DNA from: Cenococcum geophilum
Taxonomy: Eukaryota
Assembly: GCA_050273025.1 (NCBI GenBank)
Contig: CP158635.1
Coordinates: 4,650,001 to 4,714,000, forward strand
Direction: 5' to 3'
Length of the DNA stretch: 64,000 nucleotides
Positions 23,718 to 35,252 of this stretch are shown here, piece by piece; positions within the stretch are counted from its first letter, which is position 1; each line of letters opens with the position of its first letter. Below the pieces are notes generated by a model. It was given only the letters and a program-made list of their open reading frames with translations, was not told where the DNA came from and ran no database searches. Both the position numbers and the translations under genes were made by a program.

Positions 23718-25667
23718 ATGGATATTCAGAATACTGTCCTCAAACATTACGCGATATTGATCGGGATCAACACTTATCCAGACAAGCCTTTGAAAGGTTG
23801 CGTGCAAGATGTCCAAAACATTAAGAAATATCTGGAAGGAGCAGTGAACCCCGTTCAGATACAGATATTCACGACAGCTGATTCCGGTGGTGCACACTCG
23901 CCCAGTCTACCCGTAGACCCGATGCCCAGGCCAACATACAATAATGTGATTTCGGCCCTCGAGAGGGTCAAAAATCAGGCAAATACCGGAGACTATGTTT
24001 ATATTCATTTTTCTGGACATGGCACCCGAGGAAATCCATACGGTGAATTCTCCAACAAGTCAACAGGAGACCTGGCGCTGGTTTTGCTCGATGGAAGAGA
24101 AGAGAGCAAAGTGAAATGTCTTTGGGGCCCAATACTAGCTTTTTGGCTTAATGCCATGGTTAATAAGGGATTGGTACTCACCCTTGTCCTTGACTGTTGT
24201 TTCTCTGCGAGTGTCTACCGTCGTGATGATAATGTCCGTTTTGTCTCTTACGACGCTGAGAACGATACGAGGTTCCCACAAGATGCTCTGGACTTTGAGA
24301 GACACCTCAAACTTGGAACTGGCACTCCAGCGAGCCGGGACGCTTCCATGCGCCTAAACTGGCTGATCAAGCCAGATGGATACGCAATACTCGCCGCTTG
24401 TGGTCCTGACCAAGAGGCGCGTGAATTCGAAACCGAAGACAAAAAGAAACATGGAGCTTTGTCTTATTTTCTGCATAGAATCTTAAATGAACCAGGTGGT
24501 CTTGGGAGACAACATCGAGATATTTACAAGCACTTGTGTGCTGGATTCGAGAGATCCTCAGTGGAACAAAGCCCTGCACTTTATGGGAACAAGGACCAAG
24601 GCTTCTTTGGACCTGTCAGCTTCCAGAGCGACACAACTCTTATCCCAATCATCAAGAAACAGAACGGGAGCCTTCAACTGCAAGCTGGTCAAGCCCACGG
24701 TATTTGCAATGGCGACCGGTTTGCCCTATTCCCGTTTACTTGCACAGATCCCGACTCAAGCTTGAAAGAAAACACAGCGGTTTCTAAGGTAACCCATACC
24801 AGAGCTCTCACCTCGAATCTAGAGTTAGTAGGCACGACGTTCATCCACATTCAAACAGGATGGCTCGCAAAGCCCCTTACCCGATTCTCTCTTCACAAGT
24901 TCCCGATACGACTCGCTGCTAACCTTCCAAGTCGGGATGAATTGCTGGCGTCTTTAAAAGAACGATCACTTGATGCTCATATCGACACTAAGGGGAATCC
25001 AAGTTGTTTTCATGTTATACTGAATAGCGAGAAGGAATACGAGATCCTGGATCAGTTTGATCAGAGGATCGTCAATCTACCTGCAATGCCGCAAGCTCAA
25101 ACGGACGTCTACCGTATTTCTGACACCATAGAGCACCTGGCTAAGTTCAAATTGGTCAAAGAACTGACCAACGAGGCACAGACACCTTCTTTTCGAGAGT
25201 CGTTCAACGTTCGAATCATCGATGTCTCCGGAAACATTCATAATCCAGGATCTCTGGTAAATGTTCAAGAGTGTGAAGCGTTTCATTTAGAGGTGGAAAA
25301 CAAAGGAGCCAAGGAGCTCTATGTCCATGTTTATTGCTTGGATCCTTTTCAGGAAGTACAGAATATTTACTGCGGGAGTTATGAAGTTATTCCTCCTCGG
25401 CATGATAGCGAGAATTTCCTAGGAATGATGAAGAAGGCGCTGAAAACGGGTGTCCCATATGAGATGAAGAAAAAGCACCGTTGGTGCGAAGACATTCTCA
25501 AAGTCTTTATTACCTCCCAGCCGACTTCATTTGACTTACTGGAGTTACCTAAACTCGGTGACCTAGCCAAGCGGAACGAAACTAGCACAACTAGCCGAGA
25601 TGGTGGTAATCTTGAACCAGAGGATTGGGCTGCACTGAATTTCATGGTCCACACGTATATCACATAA
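23718..25667 (+). CDS. Caspase-family (peptidase C14) protease with C-terminal extension, 649 aa, intronless
   Basis: YAILIGINTY..LKGCVQDV; catalytic His (HFSGHG) and Cys (VLDCCFS); p10-like ILAAC...EARE...HGALSYFL...QSPALYG; then ~350 aa of additional beta-rich sequence. Confidence 0.92.
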   Translation: MDIQNTVLKHYAILIGINTYPDKPLKGCVQDVQNIKKYLEGAVNPVQIQIFTTADSGGAHSPSLPVDPMPRPTYNNVISALERVKNQANTGDYVYIHFSGHGTRGNPYGEFSNKSTGDLALVLLDGREESKVKCLWGPILAFWLNAMVNKGLVLTLVLDCCFSASVYRRDDNVRFVSYDAENDTRFPQDALDFERHLKLGTGTPASRDASMRLNWLIKPDGYAILAACGPDQEAREFETEDKKKHGALSYFLHRILNEPGGLGRQHRDIYKHLCAGFERSSVEQSPALYGNKDQGFFGPVSFQSDTTLIPIIKKQNGSLQLQAGQAHGICNGDRFALFPFTCTDPDSSLKENTAVSKVTHTRALTSNLELVGTTFIHIQTGWLAKPLTRFSLHKFPIRLAANLPSRDELLASLKERSLDAHIDTKGNPSCFHVILNSEKEYEILDQFDQRIVNLPAMPQAQTDVYRISDTIEHLAKFKLVKELTNEAQTPSFRESFNVRIIDVSGNIHNPGSLVNVQECEAFHLEVENKGAKELYVHVYCLDPFQEVQNIYCGSYEVIPPRHDSENFLGMMKKALKTGVPYEMKKKHRWCEDILKVFITSQPTSFDLLELPKLGDLAKRNETSTTSRDGGNLEPEDWAALNFMVHTYIT

Positions 25668-25718
25668 GATATTGATGATACGTTTTACCGGCTGATGCAT
25701 TGCTGAATTGGCTATGAA

Positions 25719-26505
25719 TTATACACCAAAATGAACATACGGAATCCAGTGTAATGATCCTATCTTTTCGTCATCCTCGCCGTCAGATGGAATAAAGAAC
25801 CTCAGCATCATATGATCTCTTCAATTCCTGTCACTTGCATTCCTAGTTCTCGTCTGGTCCTCGACTAAAGGAACGCTTGTCTCCTTGACTGGTGTGCTTC
25901 CACGTCTGGCTTTTGATGACATATTTAGCCAACAATTCCGAAGCTCTCTAGTAGCTTTATGAAGCCCCAACACATAGATTCGTCTGTCATGCCTCCATCT
26001 CTCATCTCTTCATACATGATTCTTGCCATGTCCACACATAACTCATCATTGACCTTCCACAGAGTGCCAATAACGTGCCGAAACCCTGCTAGTTGGAAGG
26101 CACTGATCAGGTGAATGCTCTCCTCCACGGACCTTTCATCTCTGAATTGACTGGTACCACAAGCCGAGAGATAGGCGAGAAACGGTGCGTATTGCCGGAT
26201 ATCCATCTCTAGAAGACTTCTAGCATTAGCGGATCATCCTTCCCACTCTCAAGAAGCAAATGGCTTTTGGATGGGTCAATGTCATCTGTACAGCCATGGC
26301 CAGCAAAATGAAATATCTGGCATCACAGCAAATGTGATATGACATCTTTTATGCGCAGGCTGAGCTTGATAGGGCCGAGACTCATTGATTCACACAGGCT
26401 ATGCAATATCGTCGCCTCTTTGGTTGCGAAGGGAAGCGGAGAATCCCCTGGTGTATGCTCCATAGCGACAAGAAGCGCCTAGCCTGAGGTAGATGGTGGA
26501 ACTGA
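25719..26505 (-). pseudogene. C-terminal CHAT protease domain pseudogene, convergent with the caspase gene
   Basis: ALLVAMEHTPG..LPFA, FHFAGHG, AYLSACGT, AFQLAGFRHVIGTLW and terminal WIPYVHFGV*. Contains stops and two frameshifts; TPR region absent. Confidence 0.88.
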
Positions 26506-27108
<603 letters not shown>

Positions 27109-28224
27109 CAGCGAGGAGACTATGGGCAGCCTTTAGATGGCCCGTTTTTGGACTAATTCAAGAGTGGCCTAGTTTTGGGCCACCACATGTTTGCGGCAGG
27201 CTGACAACCCCCGGTGGTGTCGTTCGCGTAAAGTTGACAGAATCGTCGGCATGGTGACCATCCGGCATATTAGTATCAACAATAAAGGACAAGGAGTTGT
27301 AGGCAACTAAACCAAGTTTAGATGTAAAAGTGAGGTGAAGGTGAGCGTCCTAAGCAAGTGGTGGTACAGGTTAATTAAGGTTGAGCCGAAGTTGAGCCGG
27401 ACGTTATTTTTGTAATATACAGGGGTTACGAAGCTAACCCAGAGAAGAAGTCAAGGGAGGTCAGTTTTCATTATGCACTAGCGATATACTCTATCCCTAA
27501 GACTAACCCTACTAATATCTATTTCCACTTTTAGACCTAAGCTTTTATAGTTTTAAGCTAAGCTTATAGCTGTAATCCTAAGTCGGCCTTAGCAGACCTA
27601 AGCATATCTAAGCATAATAAAGGGTTAAGCATATACTTGTCGTATTGGCCTGAAACTAAGACACCCCTTTTATAGATGGCCCAGTTTTAGGCCACTTTCT
27701 TGCTAAACGGCCCAGTTTTGGGCACTATCTAACACTTTTATTAACAATCGGGCGATGTAATATTTTAGATCTTTACATAACAAATCTAGGGCTATAAAAA
27801 TTATTATAATTAGTCTAGTAAATGTTACTATATTTTAGTTTAAACATCCTTATTAAAGCACCAATTGTGGAGACAAAGCCATTAACCATTATTAATTTTT
27901 ACCGTTTGGCCCCTTTCCTTAATATTTATAGTAGAAAAGCTGCAATCTAGCTAATGTATTGCCTATAGATCTGCTTTACACATTCCTAGCCGTCTAATTG
28001 CTCCTATATCGCCGCTGCCGTTCTATTGTTTATATCTAAATGTTAAACCGGACAATTAAGTATAAGAACTCTATCTATTTTGTATGGCTCTAAGGCCTCT
28101 ATATATACTTAGGATAGATTTAAAATAGGTGGGTAATTAAAATAGGTGATATATAACTGGAATAAGGGGTGGTAAGAAGTAGGCATTAGAAACAGAATAA
28201 CTATGTCCAAACGTGCTTAATACA

Positions 28225-28975
28225 CCCCCCTAGCTTTAAGCTGTCCTATAGGTTAAAGCTACATTACTAGTCTTAGTGTAGTGCTGACTTATTTTATTAT
28301 TTAAATTTAATTCTTTTTTTAATATTAATAAGATTTAATTGTTTAATAAAGGCTTTATGCTTTTAATGTGGTAGAGCCTTTATTAAACCATCTACTATTA
28401 TATTAGCAGTAGGCACCTATTTAATATTAATCCTTCCTTTATAAACTTCCTAGTAGAGCTAGTAGTAATAGATATTAATGTGTTAGAGCTTAGTGTTAAG
28501 CTCTGTATTGCTTTTAGTTAACAGACAAATTATCTATATATTATTATTGTAATTTATTACTTACTTTTCCTCGGTATTAAATCTAACTTCCTTAAAGAAC
28601 TACTGCCACTAAATTGACTTAGTAGCTATATATAATAGCGCTAATAGCTCTGCTTCTATGCTTAATTTTATTACTAATTTTTACTTAATTAATTGCTAGT
28701 TAATTGGCCCTCTATATAAGGTAAATAGATAGCCTTATATACTTTTCCTGCTTACTAAATTATTACTAAATACTGTGTTACTTGCTCTTGCAAAGATATA
28801 GTTCTTTATATTTTTATTTAAGTACTCTATTATAAGAGTCTTAGTTTAATAAAAATAGGCAATTGCCTTAGTAGCAGCTGTGTTATAAATTGGTAATAGA
28901 TTTTAAGAGAATTCTAAGAGCTTACTCGCTATTTTTGCTATATCTAGTTAAGTAATATTAATAGTATAGAGTAGC
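28225..28975 (-). mobile_element. RIP-degraded Copia RNase H/3' fragment
   Basis: Minus-strand remnants resembling SIEAELLAL, HINIYY.W and ADGLIKAL; poly-C (minus-strand PPT) at ~28225. Confidence 0.6.
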
Positions 28976-28989
28976 GTCGTTGTATCTGA

Positions 28990-29940
28990 GCGCACCGTTT
29001 TAACTGCGACGGGCAGCGCAAAGCGAACTACTAGCCTAAGTCGCTATCTTACAGAGCTGCGGACCGCTCGACCCTCAATTTCGCTCTTTCCTATAACTAT
29101 ACCCCCAAGCTACTGTCGGACAACGCACACGCCTAGGGCGGCTAAGGAGGCAATTGGGTAATGCTCTTAGGGGTGGCTACATTCCAGGAGGTCTAAAGGA
29201 CGCGATTAAGCAGGACCCGAACTTTTATCTATCCTTATCTATAAAGCCCATTAATAAAGAGGCCTTTAATTATAAGGACAAGCGCACACTAGCTAACTTT
29301 GCGCTTGTTAACACCCTATAATAGATAAAGAGGATATTCTAGGACGCTACTCTCTATATATAGTTTGGAAGAGATAAGAATATATAGTGCTTTAGCGTCG
29401 CCTAGCCACTTATTAAGCTTACTATTAAACTTTATAGCAAGGATAAGTGGCGGCCTAAGAGCGTGTAAGTCTTACTTTCCTTATATGTCTTTGCCACTAA
29501 ACTTACAGATAACCCTAAAGCATAAACCCTTTATACCTCTCCCGCATACCTAATCCCTAAAGTGCTAAAACCGGGACCTAAAAATTAGTATTAACTGCTA
29601 AGTCTAAAATAGGCTCTAATAATAATAAGACTAAAAATAATCCGCTCTAAATTAAGATTGTGTTTAAGGTAAGATTGGAAGTAGGGTAATTATAATCTAA
29701 TAGCACTTAGAAAAAACATACTATATCACAATCTAGTATTTAGCGTAAGTGGCAAATACTAGAGTATCTGCGTTGCTGCTTGCGCTAATCTAGATATAAG
29801 CTAGTAGTAGGTAATATAGGGGCTACTAGATTTATATGGGCCATCAGGTTTAATAGGGAGGTAATTTTAAATTTTACCGCTTACTATAGGCCGTTAATCC
29901 CTTATATATAAGAGCTGCGTAAAGTGGTATTTCTAGGTAG
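28990..29940 (+). pseudogene. RIP-degraded fungal PD-(D/E)XK nuclease-like gene remnant
   Basis: IKRIF*DATLYI*FGRDKNI*CFSVA*PLIKL reverts under RIP rules to ..ATLCAQFGRDENAWCFSVAWPLIEL, a motif I associate with fungal PD-(D/E)XK-like proteins. Intron-like GTAAGT..CAG at ~29464-29508. Confidence 0.4.
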
Positions 29941-31460
29941 GAACTGGTGGCTAAGAGAGTATTGATAGCTGTATACCTATATAAAGTCTCTCCTTAAGCA
30001 GGCATTAATAAACTTAGGCACCCTAAAGTAGCTAGATATAATATATTAAGTCTGCAATTATTCTTTATTATTATATTATCTAAGGCCGAGCTTACTTAGG
30101 GAACTAATTAGTTTAGTAAAAACGTACTAACCATATCTATAAGAATATGTGTAAAACTATCCAGTCCAAGTGTGTTTATTAGTAAGCCCGCTAGCTTATC
30201 TAATAAGATTGCTACTAATTTAAGAAATAAATATTTCCCTAAGGTAGACTCTAATCTATTAATAGTGTATTAATTTTATTAACTAGTTTCTACATTATAA
30301 TATTATTTCTATACACTAGTAGATGTTTATATTTATAATAGAGCTTTACAAGATATTTTAGCTTTATATTAATGCTTATCTTATTAGTAAGGGCTAATTA
30401 TATATTAGGGACTTATACTTATAAGACTTTAGCAAGACATATATAAAAGGAGGATACTTTTATAAGATTGGTGCTTCTAAAGAGATAGTCTGGCGGTATA
30501 TCCTTTACGTCTTCTTTACTAAGCCCTTACTTTTTTATAATTATAAAGCATAGCCAACCCCATGGCCTTTGCGGTGTGGTGTAATTATTCTATTAACCTG
30601 CTTAGCTACCCTATAGTGCAAAAAATGCAGATTAAAAGTAGCGATATAGGCCCTCCCTAAGACTATTAATTTCAAACTGGTCTAAATTTGCAGTATAATT
30701 GTTTTAGAGATATATACTTAAGTGGAATCTACGAAAGACAAAAGTCTTATGGCCTTATAATCGTATTATATTAGGCATTTATATTCTATACATAAACCTA
30801 TATAAACTCCTAATAATTAGAGATTCTATATTCTTTGTCTGGCACTAAAGAGCTAAGATAATATTTGGCTTCTTAAGTAGTAAAACCTCTTTAAATACTT
30901 TGTAAGCTTTACTTACCCTAAGCTCCTTCCCTAGCCTAGCAAGGCCTTTCCTTATCTTTTTACTAACTAGTAGCTGTATATTAAGGATTGTAACGTTAAA
31001 GTAAGTATAATTGCTATTAGATGCGCGTATAAGTCAATTAATTTTCTTAAAGAGTATTACTCCGATTAAATATCTCTTTATAAGTTATATTGTAACTTCT
31101 ATATAGCTTAATTAGTATAATAGTAAGGCTAAGTCTGCCTTTTACTAGCTTGTATAAGTTATATAACGCTTATAGTATAACTTTAAGTAAACTAGATGTA
31201 TTAAGGGTCGCGGCCTAATAGTTAAAAGGTTTAAGATAGTTGGATATTATGTCTTTGTCTAGTTTAGGTACTTCTTATCCTGTAGTTGCTTAGTTCTTAA
31301 ATAGGTAGAGTAAGCAGTGGAGAAAAATAATTTAAGTGGTTACTGCCTAACCTAAGGAGAGAACTCTGGTCGCTTTAGAACGTAGCTAAATATAAATCTA
31401 AACCTTTGGCTTACTAAGCCTTAGACCTTAACATTACCTTAGTAAGCTTAGAATATAACA

Positions 31461-31798
31461 TATTCTACTACTCCTTAGGCTACCCTAGTCCTTAGGCCAC
31501 CCTTAAAATCTATACCTATAAGATACCATTATATAGTTTATATGCCGTACAAGTTTATTATTATATATAGACAAGCATTTAGCACTATATCGCGGCCTAG
31601 AATCTCTACTTAAATATCTTCTCTTTAAGCTAAGGGTTTATAATTAAAAAAGAATATTAAAACGTTATAAAAACTTATTATTAATTATAAGCAAAAATAA
31701 TAAGTAGTTGTTAAAATTGCTAGGGATTGGAAATGCTAATTTTATATACATTTTGAGGGTAGCCTAAGGACTAGAGTGGCCTAAGGAGTAGTAGAACA
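31461..31798. mobile_element. MITE-like element with ~54-bp TIRs
   Basis: TTCTACTACTCCTTAGGC.ACCCTAGTCCTTAGGC.ACCCT.AAAAT at ~31463 is inverted at ~31745-31796, with RIP-type mismatches. Confidence 0.75.
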
Positions 31799-32599
31799 CA
31801 TTAAAATTAATTAGCGGATATTGCTAACCTTTTTTATTAAAAAGTTAATTCTATAGTCTAAGGGACTTTTCTAACGTTTATTAAGTGGTACAACTTATTT
31901 TATATATAGAGCAGTTATAATATTAAATTGTTTAGCTATAATGTTCCGGACCCCCTATAGAGAGTGATTTCTTAGCTATAAAGTTAGGAGTTAATGTCCG
32001 CCACATATAGCTAGGATTTGACCGCCACTCAACTCGCTTAGCATTTACTTCCATCTGCACTTTATCTCTATCTTGCTATCTTAATATATATATATATATA
32101 TATGTTCTATTATGGCCATACACCGTCTAATTTAGGTATAGGCTATTACTAAGCGCTAACTAGAGTAAACTAACACGAATTATACCGGCTCTAATTCAGT
32201 AGCCAACTATAAGAGCTATTTCTCCTTCTTTTAATACTATAATTAATATAGAAAATAAAGAGAGAGTATATAAACCTAAGAGATAAAAAGCGCATATATA
32301 TGTTGAAATTCCATTCTACAACCTGCCTATATCCGCCTATACTCTTAAAGAGCGCCTTCCCAGCCACTATTGCCAATAACTGCAATAGCTGCTTCCCTTA
32401 GTAGCAGTTTACTAAGTTATATTATTCTTAAACAGCCTAATGCTAATAAGTAGGTTAAGAGGGTGGCGGTAATTGCAAATTAAGGCGAGATCTAAAACAA
32501 AATTTAATAGAGGAGGTTAGGGATAGGGACCTAGTTACCTATAGCGTTAAATTATAAGAATCCTGTCCTTCTCTTTCCTATATACTAGGTACTCTATAA

Positions 32600-33488
32600 A
32601 TACTAGCAGTAAATATAATAGAAACTGTGTAATTAACTAAGCTGCTATAGCTGTTAGAATAGAGATAGTTTACCACAAAATCGCGCCATATAGTCTTAAA
32701 CTGTAAGTACTAAACCTAGTGGTTTCTGGCGAGGTCAAACTAGCCGTTCTAGGGGCGACAATGCTAGTACTAAGGCGTATGTACGTGGTTATAGAGAGGA
32801 TAGTAGCGGCGGCGGGGATAGAGGTGGTAGGTAAGGCAATTGAGGTAATGGTTTATGTTTTGGTAATAGCCGAGGTATACGGCTTGGAAGCGGTTTCTAA
32901 GGTATTTAAGGTATATAAGGTGTAGTAGGCGTAGGTGTAGGCGTAGGCGTAGGCGTAAGGGTCTTGTTTGGTATGCGAGGTGTTACAGTACTTAGGGGTG
33001 CGAGTAGTAGGAGATGGTTATAGAAGTTGGCTCTAAGTTCTGGCTACGGGCAATTATCCCTATACTTTGTTATTAACTCTTTAATAGAGTAGTCTATGTC
33101 GTTCTAGCTATATATCTATATACCACAGAAAGCGCACTCTATTTTATCTTTATAGTTACTAAAGACTAGACAGTAGAACCTAGCAGCAGCAAGTTTTATT
33201 AGGGAGAGATACTAATAAGGCCAGTTGGTATATAAGCTTATATAGGAGGACGTTGTTATAAAGCTAGGGGCTAGGGTTAATGGTAAAGGTAAAGGTAAAT
33301 ATATTAGTGGAGGGGATGCAGCTAGGCATGGCGGGAGCGGTAATAGAGAACGAGGGTGTAGAGAAGGAGGCTATAGTAGCAGAGTGAAAGGATTCGGGTC
33401 GTCCGTAAAAGAGATACATTTCTTTCTCTCTATAGTTATCACCCATGTCTTTAAAGCTATCTCCTCTGCTATAAAAACGTCTCGCCAT
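32600..33488 (-). pseudogene. RIP-inactivated BIR (IAP-repeat) domain gene with Pro-rich tail (BIR ~33045-33255)
   Basis: Frame reads SLYTNWPY*YLSLIKLAAARFYCLVFSNYKDKIECAFCGI*IYS*NDIDYSIKELITKYRDNCP*. Reversing RIP gives ..NWPH..SP.KLAAAGFY....D.VECAFCG....W.....H...CPW, a BIR-like signature. Confidence 0.65.
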
Positions 33489-33854
33489 CTTAATAATGTG
33501 AGAGGTATAATTTTTTAAGCATTAAAAAAGGAAAGAGTTTGGGATAGGCGTTAATACTATTAGTGGCGCGGAGAGCGCCAAGAAATTCCTAATCTCCACC
33601 TATAACTACCTTAGATGTTAGAAAAGGGATTTACTACAGGAACTAAAATAGGGCCTACTTATGGCTATACACAGTCTATTATCCTTATGGCTTTTAATAA
33701 TATAAACTCCTCGCTTTAACGCTAGATTAGTAATCCGCTTCTGCTCTAAGGTTGTATAGAATTTACAGCGCGGATAAATAGTATTAGTATATAATTTAGA
33801 AACCAATTTTAGGACCCTCTATTTTTAGCTAACTGTAGTTAGGGGATCCTAGTT

Positions 33855-34230
33855 ACGTCTAGAGAACGGCTATGTTTAAAGAATTATTAGATGCCTAATT
33901 AGCCCAAAATAACTAATTCTCTTGGTAGCGCTAAATAGGAGAACTATATCTAGAGAACAGCTATATTTAAAGAACAGCTACGTTTAGAGAACAGCTATAT
34001 TTGGAGAATAGCCACTAGAGAACAGCTACTAGAGAATAGCCATATCTAGAGAACAGCTATATGTTTAGAGAACAGCTACTAAAGAACAGCTACCTATATC
34101 TAGAGAATAGTTATATTTAGAGAGTAAGAACGCTATATTTAATAGCTATATTTGGAATAACTATGTCTAGAGCAGTCCTATTTGGAGAACAACTAGTCTA
34201 ATAAATGGTTATATCTGGAGAATAATAGTC
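33855..34230. repeat. Degenerate tandem repeat of TAGAGAACAGCTA[C/T] units
   Basis: More than 10 visible copies at ~13-19 bp spacing. Confidence 0.8.
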
Positions 34231-35117
34231 TGCAGAAAGTTATAATTAGTCTAAATCTTACCTATTTTGCCTTCTTTTTACCGCACCTAATATATCTTAT
34301 TACTATAGATTTAAACACAGTATCTTAAGAAGAAGTTTGTAAAGCGTCTCTAAAGGCAAGTATAATATAAAATCTATAATCTAATATAATTAAGATAGTA
34401 GAGGTTTTATATAGAATATAATTAGTAATTTAAAACGCCTATAGATAAAACCTTTATGGCATCTAGAGCTGCTTTAGCACTCTCTTTTATAGTTAAGCTC
34501 TATTAAGAAGTAAGTGTAAGGATACTTTGCATATAAAATGTAAGGGCGTTACTTATAAGACATAATCTATAGTTTAGCGCCAGACTTCTAGAGGGAAGGA
34601 CTTCTACGGCTGCTGGGACTTAGTGTCTTCTATTTTAAATAGAAATCGGCTAGAAAATCTAGCTCTGGGTAACTATTATATGGATCTAACAGCTTATCTT
34701 AGCAAGCTTAGACCGTAGAATTAATTAGCGGATATTGCTAACCTTTTTGGTTAAGAAGTTAATTCTATAGTATAGGAACTATAAAGCTTATTAACCTGAG
34801 TTTACGAATAGTCTATTACTTTTAGGTCCCAAATTTTTAAACTCTAATTATAATTAACTACTCTATTATATTTTAAGTAGAGGGCTCTATATTAAAGCTC
34901 TACAGTCTAAGTATATACTATTTATAACTAATATAATTTTAATTACAAACTATAAAAGCTATATTAAAAGTCTTTAACCTAAAAGCCTCTATATTAAAAG
35001 TCTTTAAGTAAGGGCCTATTAAGTATAAACTTAGGTTAAAAATTTCGTTAGCGGACCCCCAACAATCTACATATTGCTTATGGTTTACCCTATATATAAG
35101 GGCAGATTTAAGCAAGT

Positions 35118-35252
35118 TAAGGGGAAATAAAGCCCTAGGGAACAAAGCCCTAGGGGAATAGAGCCTTAGGGGAGTAAAGCCTTAGGGGAATAATCCCCTA
35201 GGGGAATAAAGCCCTAGGGGAATGGAACCGTAAGGGAGTAGTACCGCAAGGG
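35118..35252. repeat. ~16-17-bp tandem repeat (AAAGCCCTAGGGGAAT)
   Basis: About 7-8 visible copies. Confidence 0.8.

Noticed and set aside
23679..25663. Short ORFs overlapping the caspase gene
   Set aside because: Shadow frames of the 649-aa CDS.
29950..31440. RIP-degraded coding-like sequence
   Set aside because: Too mutated for me to assign a family.
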